A stretch of DNA of 64,000 bases from Planctomycetota bacterium. GTDB lineage: Bacteria; Planctomycetota; JAJSAM01; JAJVHW01. Location: positions 64,001 through 128,000 of the forward strand of contig CBDFJG010000002.1 in assembly GCA_965248445.1 (NCBI GenBank), in the 5' to 3' direction. Below are positions 55,672 through 64,000 of the stretch, in pieces; positions within the stretch are counted from its first letter, which is position 1, and each line of letters opens with the position of its first letter. Below the pieces are notes generated by a model, which was not told the origin of the DNA, ran no database searches, and saw only the letters and a list, made by a program, of their open reading frames with translations. The position numbers were made by a program, and so were the translations under genes.

Positions 55672-56399
55672 TCGGAGTCACCCACTCCGGCCACGCGATC
55701 GCAGTTGTACGTCATGCCGCGTTTCATCATCCAGCGCACGGTTCGCAGATCCGACAACCCGCGCCACAGCCGGTTCCACACGCCGTACTTCGAAGCGCCG
55801 TGCTGCCGCGGGCGGTGGCCTACGGGGATTTCGACAACACGGAAGCCACTCATCTCGGCCAGCGTCGGAAGGAACCGGTGCATCCCGTCGAACGGGTGGA
55901 ACACGCGTACGACCTCACGACGGAACGCCTTCAGCGGGCAGGTCACGTCGTGGATGTTCGTGCCCGTCCGCCAGTTGCGCCAGCCGTTCGCGATCTTGGA
56001 CGACATGCGCTTCACCCACGGGTCGTGGCGGTCGCGCCGCCAGCCGCAGGCCATGTCCGCCGTCCCCTCGCGCACGGCCTCGATGAGGCGCGGAAGATCC
56101 GCCGGGTCGTTCTGCAGATCGCTGTCGAGTGACGCGACGATCTCGCCACGGGCCCTGGTGAAGCCCGCGTGAAGCGCTGAGGAAAGCCCGTGGTTGCGAT
56201 CCAGCGCGAAGACGACGACCCGCGGATCGTTCTGCGCCAGGCCGAGGAGGATCTCGCGGCTGGCGTCCGTGGAGCCGTCATCGACGAACACGAACTCGTA
56301 GTCGTCGGTCACGCTCTGGACGACCGGCTGCAACTCTGCGAGCAACTTGTCGAGCGAGTCCGCCTCGTTGTAGACGGGCAGCACCACACTCAGCTCCAC
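55668..56399 (-). CDS. GT2 polyprenyl-phosphate glycosyltransferase (DPM1/ArnC-like)
   Basis: LSVVLPVYNE; VDDGSTD; DSDLQNDP; GMHRFLP; HRPRQHGASKY. Confidence 0.95.
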   Translation of the reverse strand: MELSVVLPVYNEADSLDKLLAELQPVVQSVTDDYEFVFVDDGSTDASREILLGLAQNDPRVVVFALDRNHGLSSALHAGFTRARGEIVASLDSDLQNDPADLPRLIEAVREGTADMACGWRRDRHDPWVKRMSSKIANGWRNWRTGTNIHDVTCPLKAFRREVVRVFHPFDGMHRFLPTLAEMSGFRVVEIPVGHRPRQHGASKYGVWNRLWRGLSDLRTVRWMMKRGMTYNCDRVAGVGDSE

Positions 56400-56424
56400 G
56401 CCCGTGTCCTTCGCGGCGCGCCGC

Positions 56425-57768
56425 TCATCCGGACGCCACAGTCAGTCCGTCGATCCGGATGGTCGGAGCGGCCGTGCTGCCGTTCCAGTCGAGATCCGAG
56501 CCGCACTCCGTCACGCCCTTCAAGATGTCGCGCAAGTCCCCGGCGATGGTGAATTCGGACACTGCGTGAGTCAGCTCGCCGTTCCGGATCCAGCGTCCGG
56601 TGCCGCCGCGGCTGAACGAACCGGCGGCGAGATTGACCCCGAAGCCGAACAGCTGTGTCACGTAGAGGCCCTCGTCCACGTCTCCGATGATCTCGGCGGG
56701 TTCGCGCTCGCCCGGAGCCAGCACGAGGTTCGACGGCCCCACCGACGGTCCGCGGCTGCTCCCGCGGCGCCCGTTGCCGGTCGTCCTGCACTCGGCCCTG
56801 CGCGCCGAGTAAGAGTCGGCCATCCACGACGACAGCCGTCCGGCGTCGATCAGCACCGTGCGCCGGGAACGGACGCCCTCCCCGTCGAACGGACGGCTCG
56901 CCGGACGGCGGTGCAGCGTCGCGTCGTCCATCAGGGTGACCGCCGGCGACGCGACGACCTCGCCGAGCCGGCCTGCCAGGAATGTCTGCCGCCGGTACAC
57001 CGCCTCGGCGTTCACCGCGGCGGCGAGCGTGCCCGCGAAGTCGCGAGAGACGCGGGGATCGAAGACCACGGGCACGCGCCCCGCGGGCGGCTTCGTGCTG
57101 TTGCACGCCAGCTCCGCACGTTGCGCCGACAGCCGTCCGATCTGCTCGGGCGAGGGAAGATCCTCGAGGTGGACCCCGCTGCGGTATTCGTCACCACGCT
57201 GCCGGTCGCCGCTCTCCTCGGTCGCGAACAGTCCGATCCCGAGCGCGCAGGACGTGCGCACGCGGGCGCCACTGAACCCGTTGCTGTTCGCAATCGCGAT
57301 CGTGCTCACGCCCCCGCCGGCGCGCGCGGCCTCGACGTGCGTCACGCTGTCGTTCTCTCGCGCCGCGCGCTCGGCGCTGGCGGCCAGTGCCGCCCACGAG
57401 TCAGGCGTCCACTCGGTGTGACCCGCGTCCACGAGATCGAACTCGCCCTCGCAGGCACCGGCGTCGCCTGGGTCGGGCAACCCTGCGGCCTCGTCTTCGG
57501 CGGCGATCTCAGCGAGCGCTGCGGCGCGTGCCGCCGCGCCCGCGGCGCCTTCACGCGTGGCGTCGTTGGTGTACGCGATGCCGATCCGCGTTCCGCGGAA
57601 GGCGCGCACGCTGACCACACGCGAGTTCGAGTGCTCGACGTGCTCGATCTCACCCTCGCGCAGTGCGACGTACGTCGAATCGCCGCCGGCCACCATCACG
57701 TCCGCCGCGGTCGCTCCCGCAGTCATCGCCGCGCGGACGCCCTCTTCTGCGAGTTCGACGTCGGTCAC
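56425..57768 (-). CDS. pmbA: TldE/PmbA protein
   Basis: SRPFDGEG; TTGNG; GVNL..G.FSRG..G.WI.NG; no HEXXXH; follows tldD. Confidence 0.92.
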   Translation of the reverse strand: MTDVELAEEGVRAAMTAGATAADVMVAGGDSTYVALREGEIEHVEHSNSRVVSVRAFRGTRIGIAYTNDATREGAAGAAARAAALAEIAAEDEAAGLPDPGDAGACEGEFDLVDAGHTEWTPDSWAALAASAERAARENDSVTHVEAARAGGGVSTIAIANSNGFSGARVRTSCALGIGLFATEESGDRQRGDEYRSGVHLEDLPSPEQIGRLSAQRAELACNSTKPPAGRVPVVFDPRVSRDFAGTLAAAVNAEAVYRRQTFLAGRLGEVVASPAVTLMDDATLHRRPASRPFDGEGVRSRRTVLIDAGRLSSWMADSYSARRAECRTTGNGRRGSSRGPSVGPSNLVLAPGEREPAEIIGDVDEGLYVTQLFGFGVNLAAGSFSRGGTGRWIRNGELTHAVSEFTIAGDLRDILKGVTECGSDLDWNGSTAAPTIRIDGLTVASG

Positions 57769-59177
57769 GCGGTTCCCCCGACGATCAGATCATCGATCCT
57801 CACCGTCGGCATCCCGACACCGACAGGGACCATCTGCGAGTCCTTGCCACACATCCACATGCCCTCGGACGTGCGGTAGTCGGTTCCGACCATGCTGACG
57901 CGCGACATGACCTCGGGCCCGTTCCCGATCAAGGTGACGTCACGCAACGGAGCGGTGATCTTGCCGTCCTCGATCAGGTACGCTTCGGTGGCCGCGAACA
58001 CGAAGTCCCCCTTTCCGATCTCGACCTGTCCCCCGCCGAACGACACGGCGTACACGCCGTTCTTCACCGACTCGATGATCTCGTCCGCGGCGTGCGTGCC
58101 GGCGGGCATCAACGTGTTCGTCATGCGGGGCATCGGCGCGTGGGCGTAGCTCTGTCGGCGCCCGTTGCCCGTGACGTCCACGTCCATCAGTTGCGCCGAC
58201 AAGCGGTCCTGCAGATACCCCTTCAGGATGCCGTTCTCGATCAGAACCGTGCGACCCGACGGAACGCCCTCGTCGTCCACGTTGATGCTGCCACGCTCCG
58301 ACTGCATGGTCCCGTCGTCCACGACGGTCACGAGCGGCGAAGCGACGCGCTCGCCGATCTGCCCCGAGTAGCGCGACAAGCCCTTGCGATTGAAGTCCGC
58401 CTCGAGCCCGTGACCGACGGCCTCGTGCAGGAGGATCCCGCTGTACGCGGGCCCGAGCACCACGGGCTGCGCACCGCCGGGCGCCGGCCGCGCACTCAAG
58501 TTGCGCACGGCCTGTTCGGCACACTTGCGTCCAACCTGCTCCGGCACGTCGCCGTCGAGCAGTTCGAGACCCTGGCGCGCGCCCTCGCCGGCTGCTCCGT
58601 TCGTGCGCACGTCACCGTCCTCGGCGACACACCCGACGCGGAACGACAGCATCGGCTGCACGTCGCAGATCACGACGCCCGTGGAGGAGACGATCGCGAT
58701 CTCGCGGATCTCCTCGTTCAGCATCACCGTGACCCGGACCACGCGTGGGTCCACGGCGCGGGCGGCCGCGTCGGCCCGTTCGAGCAACGAGACGCGGCTG
58801 GCGGGCGCGCCGGTCACGAGGGGCTGTGTAGCTCGATAGAGATCGCGCCTGCTGCCGTCCGAGAGCCGGACCGGGGGGACGTCGCGCGCGCCCGACGCGA
58901 TCGCTGCGGCCGTCCTGGCGGCAGACCGCACCGAATCCGGCGTGCGCTGCTCCGTGTAGGCATAGCCCGTGCGCTCCCCCGACAGCACACGGACGCCGAT
59001 CCCGCAGACCGAGCCCATCGATGCCGTCCGCAGCACACCGTCCTCCTGCGTGAGCGTGCACTCGCGCCGCTCCTCGAAGAAGAGGTCGGCATGGTCACCA
59101 CCGCGACCGAGGGCCTCGGACAGCAGGGATTCGAGCGTGGCGTCGTCGAATCCGTCGAGTACGTCGATCCTGCGCAT
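57765..59177 (-). CDS. tldD: TldD metalloprotease
   Basis: LLHEAVGHGLEADFNRKG; GNGRRQSY...PMPRMTNT; CGKDSQMVPVGVG.PT. Confidence 0.96.
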   Translation of the reverse strand: MRRIDVLDGFDDATLESLLSEALGRGGDHADLFFEERRECTLTQEDGVLRTASMGSVCGIGVRVLSGERTGYAYTEQRTPDSVRSAARTAAAIASGARDVPPVRLSDGSRRDLYRATQPLVTGAPASRVSLLERADAAARAVDPRVVRVTVMLNEEIREIAIVSSTGVVICDVQPMLSFRVGCVAEDGDVRTNGAAGEGARQGLELLDGDVPEQVGRKCAEQAVRNLSARPAPGGAQPVVLGPAYSGILLHEAVGHGLEADFNRKGLSRYSGQIGERVASPLVTVVDDGTMQSERGSINVDDEGVPSGRTVLIENGILKGYLQDRLSAQLMDVDVTGNGRRQSYAHAPMPRMTNTLMPAGTHAADEIIESVKNGVYAVSFGGGQVEIGKGDFVFAATEAYLIEDGKITAPLRDVTLIGNGPEVMSRVSMVGTDYRTSEGMWMCGKDSQMVPVGVGMPTVRIDDLIVGGTA

Positions 59178-59398
59178 GGCGCGGCTCCGTGTGTTTCCGG
59201 GACGCTCCGCAGGCACGTGCGCCCCGGACCGGATCCTCTCCACCCTGGACGGGAGTCTCCGGCATCCGAGGAGCCGCACCCAGGGATCCCGGGGGCCGGA
59301 GGGCCGCCGTGAGGCTTCGCCGTCTACCCGGGGTGCTACCGTCTCGGCAGTTCGCCCGCGGTCGCCTGAGACCCCGCTGGGCGCCGGAAGGATGGCTC

Positions 59399-59908
59399 AT
59401 GAGCGCCAGGACGACATTCCGTCTCCTCTCAGGCGGAGTCTCTCTTGAGATTGGTGGCACACCTGAGTTCGTGCGTGACAACTTGCGTCCGTTCCTCCCA
59501 TTCGTGCAGAGAGTGGCGGGAGAGAGTGCAATCGAATCGCCAGAAGAGGGCGCGGAGAAGCCGCAGCGCGACCTTCCGGCCTGGTACGAGCAGCACGTCG
59601 CGCCGGGGATGCGCCTCACGATGCAGGACAGCATCCTGGTCTTCGCGCTGTGGATGCGGAGCTTCAAGAAGTTCGTGTTCACCGCCAATGACATCCGCCA
59701 CGCATTCGCCGAGGTCGGCCAGCAGGCGCCCAAGAGCCTGCTCCAGTTGCTCGGGACGCTGAAGCGAGACCACAAGCTGATCCTCGGGACGGATCGTCGC
59801 GGCGAGTACATGCTCAACACGACGGGGATCGAGCGGGCGCGCCGCACCGTCGGCCTGCCACCCAAGCGCGGGTCGGAAAGCGCCGGAGGAGGAGGCGGCC
59901 GTGGCTGA
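59399..59908 (+). CDS. Hypothetical protein with C-terminal winged-helix-like domain (paralog A)
   Basis: SLEIGGTPEFV...QDSILVFA...FTANDI...PKSL...GEYMLNTTG. Confidence 0.72.
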   Translation: MSARTTFRLLSGGVSLEIGGTPEFVRDNLRPFLPFVQRVAGESAIESPEEGAEKPQRDLPAWYEQHVAPGMRLTMQDSILVFALWMRSFKKFVFTANDIRHAFAEVGQQAPKSLLQLLGTLKRDHKLILGTDRRGEYMLNTTGIERARRTVGLPPKRGSESAGGGGGRG

Positions 59909-60368
59909 GCGCGCGTCCCCGGACGCGGTGTTCCGCTTCAACTGCGGCGAACTGGAGTTGGAGTTCGCCGGCCCCGAGGCGTGGGTCGCGGGACAGATCT
60001 CGCACTTCCTCGGCCGCATCAAAAAAGAGCTCGGGCTGGAGGACGCCGCACCGGCCGGGACTTCGCAGCCGCCGCTTGCCGAGTTCCTCCGAAGCGCACG
60101 GACGCGCACCGGGCGTGGTGCGCTGCAGGACACGATCCTCGTGTTCGCGCACTACCTGCGGGAGACGCACGGCGTCGACGAGATCGGCATCGACGACATC
60201 GGCGCGTGCTTCGGGATCGTCGGCCAGAAGCAGCCGCGCAACCTGGCGAACACGATCGGCGTGATGAAGCGGTCGCAACGCTTCTTCGAACCCGGCTCGC
60301 GACGCGGGCGTTACACGCTCACCGACCGGGGTCTGGCCCGCGCCAAGAGTCTCATCGGCCGCCGCTGA
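59901..60368 (+). CDS. Hypothetical protein with C-terminal winged-helix-like domain (paralog B)
   Basis: ELEFAGPEAWV...QDTILVFA...IGIDDI...PRNL...GRYTLTDRG; RBS GGAGG; overlaps paralog A. Confidence 0.78.
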   Translation: MAERASPDAVFRFNCGELELEFAGPEAWVAGQISHFLGRIKKELGLEDAAPAGTSQPPLAEFLRSARTRTGRGALQDTILVFAHYLRETHGVDEIGIDDIGACFGIVGQKQPRNLANTIGVMKRSQRFFEPGSRRGRYTLTDRGLARAKSLIGRR

Positions 60369-60371
60369 CGC

Positions 60372-60743
60372 TCAGGGACGCAGCTTGCGCGCCGCCACCG
60401 TGACGGCGTAGCGGTCGCCGTGGCGTTCGATCCAACCGCGCGTGACGCCCTCCTCCAGGAGCTCTTCCACGCTGCGTTTCTCATCGACGGGCACACCTGC
60501 GGTGTCGGCGTCGTCACGCGTGAACGTGTCGTCCAGGGCGAGCTTCCTGACCAGGTCCTCGAGCACCGGATCGGGGCGCTGCCGGGTCCTCCCCGCGCCA
60601 CTGAAGAGCGCCGCCACAGCCACACCGGCCGCCGTCAGGGCGAGAGCGGGCAGCAGGATCGCCAGAGCCAGGCAGCCTCCGGCGCCACTCTGCTTCGTCG
60701 CACCGCCGAAGGCGCCCCGCAGTTGTCGGTCACGGTGTCTCAT
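60372..60743 (-). CDS. Small TM-anchored protein with winged-helix-like C-terminus
   Basis: TM GCLALAILLPALALTAAGVAVAALF; FTRDD...VEELLEEGVTRGWIERHGDRYAVT. Confidence 0.6.
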   Translation of the reverse strand: MRHRDRQLRGAFGGATKQSGAGGCLALAILLPALALTAAGVAVAALFSGAGRTRQRPDPVLEDLVRKLALDDTFTRDDADTAGVPVDEKRSVEELLEEGVTRGWIERHGDRYAVTVAARKLRP

Positions 60744-60770
60744 CGCGGATTTGGAGGATACTCTCCCTTC

Positions 60771-61394
60771 GTGCTCCCCCCCGACCTTGCAGACTTCGCG
60801 TTCCAGGCCGACGGAGGCGCGATCGCAGCCCTTGCCGACCGCGCCGCCGACGGTCGCGGGCCCGGAAGCGTGCTGGTACTCGGTGCTTCGCAGCCTGCGC
60901 TCCTCGAAGCGCTCCGGTCCCGAGGAGCGCCGCTCGTCGTCGTGGACTCCTCACGCACCGCGCTCGGGAGGGTCCGCGACATGGCAGGCGCGGACGTCGA
61001 ACTGCTGGCCGACGATCCTCGCGAGTTCGACGCCCCGGCCGGGATCGCCGTGGCGCTCGCGACGGCCACGGCATGGCGCTCGCTGATCCACGACGCCGAC
61101 CGCAAGCGCGTCCTCCGGTCGCTCTGCGCAGCGGTCGGCGCGACCGGCACCGTCGTCGTCGAACTCGAGCGCGTACCCGAGGAGTCCGAGGGCCGCTCGG
61201 ACGCACTGCGTTGGACGCGGCAAGGCGACCTCGTGGACGTTCGCGCCGCACACTCTGACGTCCCGCTGCTGCTGACTGCCGCCCCGGTAGCCGACCTCGC
61301 CGCCGAGGTCGCCGCCGCGTCCGGTGGTGCCGTGCGCACGCTCCCGTCTCCGGACGCGGCGCGCGTGCACGTGGTAGCGGGCAGCGACGCGTGA
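60771..61394 (+). CDS. Divergent class I SAM-methyltransferase-like protein
   Basis: SVLVLGAS...LVVVDSS...LLADD.REF...RKRVL.SL...V...GTVVVE. Confidence 0.55.
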   Translation: MLPPDLADFAFQADGGAIAALADRAADGRGPGSVLVLGASQPALLEALRSRGAPLVVVDSSRTALGRVRDMAGADVELLADDPREFDAPAGIAVALATATAWRSLIHDADRKRVLRSLCAAVGATGTVVVELERVPEESEGRSDALRWTRQGDLVDVRAAHSDVPLLLTAAPVADLAAEVAAASGGAVRTLPSPDAARVHVVAGSDA

Positions 61395-62602
61395 CCCGCC
61401 CGCTGGCCGCGGTGGTCTCGACGCGGGGGCGCACGACTCCCGTGCTCGCGCAGGTTCCGGCACTCCTGGCCGCGGTACGGGCCGCAGGCCGCGAGGTCAC
61501 GGCAGTGGTGCTCGCCCCGTCTCGCGGCCTGATCGGCGGGCGCGGCGCGAGTCACGCCCGGGTGCGCAACGCGCTACGCGCGGCGACGGGAGTCGAGACC
61601 ATCGACCTGACTGGGAACGACGCCGCGCGCGAGGGACGCCGGCTGTCCGGCGCGCTCAGCAAGCGCGGATTCGGCAACGCTGTGCTGCTGTGCCGAGGCG
61701 AGGACGCGGCTCTGCTCGGGATCGCCGCGCGCCGGGGGACCGACGCGCTGCGAGTCGTGCTCGACCTGCGCGGAGACTCTGCCGCGGAACACCTAGCGCG
61801 GTGCCGACGACCCGAGGACGAGCTGAGCCGCTCCGAGGCCGCTGAACTCGAGAACCTCCGCACGCGCCAGCGGGATGCGGCGGCCGGCGCCGACGCGGTG
61901 ATCTGCGCGAGCACGGAGCTCGCGCGCGTCGTGTCCGCGCGACACGATCTCCCGCGCGCGAAGTTCACTCATCTTCCGGCTCTCGCCGCTCCGGTCGCGA
62001 ATGCAGAGGAACTCCGCACGCGCGCGCGAAAACGACTCCGGGTGCGAGACGACCAGCTTCTGCTCGCGACGTCCTCCTCTCTCGAGCCATGGCACCTCGC
62101 GGACGAGACTGTTCTGCTCGTCCGCGCTCTTGCCGGAATCCGGCCGGGGGCGCGGCTGCTGTTCGTGACACCTGCGCCAGGTCGCGCCAAGTCGGCGCTC
62201 CGACGAGTCGGCTACGACCGGGCGATCGTGCGGAGCACCGCGCCCGGCGAGGTCGACGCCGTGCTGGCGGCCGCCGACGACGGACTCGTGCTGCGACGCA
62301 GCGACGACGTCTCGCGCGTCGCGTGCCCTCTCGCGTTCGGTGAGTACCTCGCACTGGGCGTCCGGCCGGTTCTCACACCGGGGATCGGAGATCAAAGTCA
62401 GGCGTGCAACCAGAACACGCTCGGCATCCTGGTGAGCCAAAGCGACGTCGAGCGCGCCGCGAATTCGATCCTCCTCGACACGGAGAGCCCGACGGGACTC
62501 GGCCCCGAGGGACGAGCCCGCCGCCGGCGCTGGGCGTCGGAGCACATCGCCCCGTCCAAGATCGCCGGCCGACTTCTCGCCGTAGTCGACGACGTCGACT
62601 AG
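61391..62602 (+). CDS. GT4/GT-B glycosyltransferase
   Basis: VLDLRG; ADAVICAS..L; LAAADDGLVLR; CPLAFGEYLALG.PV.T.GIGD. Confidence 0.8.
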   Translation: MTRPLAAVVSTRGRTTPVLAQVPALLAAVRAAGREVTAVVLAPSRGLIGGRGASHARVRNALRAATGVETIDLTGNDAAREGRRLSGALSKRGFGNAVLLCRGEDAALLGIAARRGTDALRVVLDLRGDSAAEHLARCRRPEDELSRSEAAELENLRTRQRDAAAGADAVICASTELARVVSARHDLPRAKFTHLPALAAPVANAEELRTRARKRLRVRDDQLLLATSSSLEPWHLADETVLLVRALAGIRPGARLLFVTPAPGRAKSALRRVGYDRAIVRSTAPGEVDAVLAAADDGLVLRRSDDVSRVACPLAFGEYLALGVRPVLTPGIGDQSQACNQNTLGILVSQSDVERAANSILLDTESPTGLGPEGRARRRRWASEHIAPSKIAGRLLAVVDDVD

Positions 62603-64000
62603 CGGGCCAGGTGCGCGCGCACGCGGTCGGCAACTGCGGACGGCGTGAACCCGAAGTGTGCGAACACGTCCTTCGCGGGCGCCGACTCGCCGTAGGTCTC
62701 GATCCCGATGACGAGTCCGTCGCGGCCGACGAACCGGTACCAGCCGTCTGGGCGCCCGGCCTCGATCGCGACCGCCGGAACGTCTCGCGGCAGCGCCGCG
62801 TTCTTCCAGGCGTCGTCCTGACGGTCGAACAGCTCGACGGACGGCATCGAGACGACGCGTGCCGCAACGCCGCTCTCTGCGAGCAGATCGCAGGCGCCGA
62901 GTGCGACTCCGACCTCCGAGCCGGTAGCGATCAGGACGACGTCGGGCGTGCCGGCCGTGTCCCGCGCCACGTAGCCGCCGCGCAGCAGATCGGATGACGT
63001 GAAGGCGGCCGGGCGTTCGAACTCGGGCACCTTCTGGCGCGTCAGCACGATCACCGACGGTCCGTCGCGGCGCGTGACGGCGTCGGCCCACGCCGCAGCC
63101 GTCTCGGGGCCGTCCGCGGGACGGTGGACCGTGACGCCGGGGATCATGCGCGCGGTCCAGAGGTGCTCGATGGGCTGGTGTGTCGGCCCGTCCTCGCCCA
63201 GTCCGATCGAGTCGTGTGAGAACACGAACGTCGAGCCGTGGTGGGACAGCGCTGCCAGGCGCACGGGCGGCCGCATGTAGTCGAGGAACGCCAGGAACGT
63301 CGCGCAGTACGGCGTCCACGCCCCCTGCGTCGCCAGGCCGTTGACGACCGCGCCCATCGCGTGCTCGCGCACACCAAAGTGCAGGTTCTGCCCCGCGAAG
63401 CTCTCGCCCTCGCCGTTGCCCACAGGCGGCGAACCGTCGATCCACGAGCAGTTCGAGCCCGTGAGATCCGCGGAGCCGCCGACCATGTTCGGGACGAACT
63501 TGTTCAGCCGCTGCAGGACGGCGTGGGAGTGCTTCCGCGTTGCGTTGACGCCGGGCTCCCACCCGTCGAGCAGGCGAGTGAGCACGTCCTCGGACGTTCC
63601 CAGATCGGGCTCGAACTGACGCTCCCAGGCCGCGGCGACGTCGCTGCGTTCGTCGGTCCAACGACGGATCATCTCGACCCACGCTGAGCGCCGCCGCGCG
63701 CCGGCGTCCGCCAGCGCGCCGAAGCGCTCGTACACCTCGGCCGGCACCACGAAGGTCGGCTCGACGGGCCAGCCGTACGCCTCCTTCGTGAGTACCGTCT
63801 CGTCTGCACCGAGCGCCGCGCCGTGAGACGCCGCGCTGTTCTGCTTGTTGGGCGAGCCCTTACCAATGACCGTGCGGCAGACGATCAGCGACGGACGGGA
63901 ACCGTCAGCGAGCGCCCCCTCGATTGCAGCGGCGATGGCCTCTCGATCGTGGCCGTCGCACTCGAGCACCTGCCAGCCGTACGCCTGGAAGCGCCCGCTG
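62599..64000 (-). CDS. tkt: Transketolase (5' part outside window)
   Basis: DGHD; SHGAALG; GGSADL; FGVREHAM; HDSIGLGEDGPTHQPIE; ATGSEV. Confidence 0.97.
   Translation of the reverse strand, partial: SGRFQAYGWQVLECDGHDREAIAAAIEGALADGSRPSLIVCRTVIGKGSPNKQNSAASHGAALGADETVLTKEAYGWPVEPTFVVPAEVYERFGALADAGARRRSAWVEMIRRWTDERSDVAAAWERQFEPDLGTSEDVLTRLLDGWEPGVNATRKHSHAVLQRLNKFVPNMVGGSADLTGSNCSWIDGSPPVGNGEGESFAGQNLHFGVREHAMGAVVNGLATQGAWTPYCATFLAFLDYMRPPVRLAALSHHGSTFVFSHDSIGLGEDGPTHQPIEHLWTARMIPGVTVHRPADGPETAAAWADAVTRRDGPSVIVLTRQKVPEFERPAAFTSSDLLRGGYVARDTAGTPDVVLIATGSEVGVALGACDLLAESGVAARVVSMPSVELFDRQDDAWKNAALPRDVPAVAIEAGRPDGWYRFVGRDGLVIGIETYGESAPAKDVFAHFGFTPSAVADRVRAHLAR

Noticed and set aside
56153..56168. 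CCTGGTGAAGCCCGC resembling the MITE end
   Set aside because: A short partial match inside the GT2 CDS with no partner repeat
56425..59177. TldD/PmbA as evidence of a RiPP biosynthetic cluster
   Set aside because: No YcaO, radical SAM or precursor peptide nearby; the genes look like the housekeeping pair

Overview
A very GC-rich (about 70% by eye), gene-dense bacterial window. Its gene types suggest Planctomycetota (inference): a membrane-anchored ECF sigma factor with a large exported repeat tail, many secreted TPR/FG-GAP/IPT proteins, a TPR-secretin-like protein and Uma2. About 45 CDSs are supportable. Housekeeping genes include nadC, birA, a comEA-like gene, an OmpR/PhoR-type two-component pair, a K+-dependent membrane pyrophosphatase (hppA), rsfS, a DinG helicase, a Leu/Phe/Val dehydrogenase, cstA, tldD/pmbA and a partial tkt. 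No rRNA, tRNA, CRISPR, integrase or transposase was seen. Signals not explained by the gene list: (1) a 4165-bp segment carrying only the ECF sigma-fusion gene is bracketed by a 37-bp direct repeat of the rsfS 3' coding region, resembling an integrase-less cassette inserted into rsfS; (2) a conserved ECF-type promoter, TGTAAC-N17-CGTCCT, occurs three times almost exactly and twice in degenerate form, before a double-secretin-like gene, comEA, a TPR gene and a Uma2 nuclease, and once in antisense, suggesting a possible DNA-uptake regulon; 12-bp-period repeats also sit upstream of comEA and the secretin-like gene; (3) a 238-bp MITE-like element with 23-bp inverted repeats supplies one gene's start codon and overlaps another's stop; (4) several enzyme-fold proteins have lost catalytic residues, including three tandem secreted amidohydrolases; (5) three winged-helix proteins cluster next to tldD/pmbA. 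All calls come from reading motifs by eye; no searches were run.
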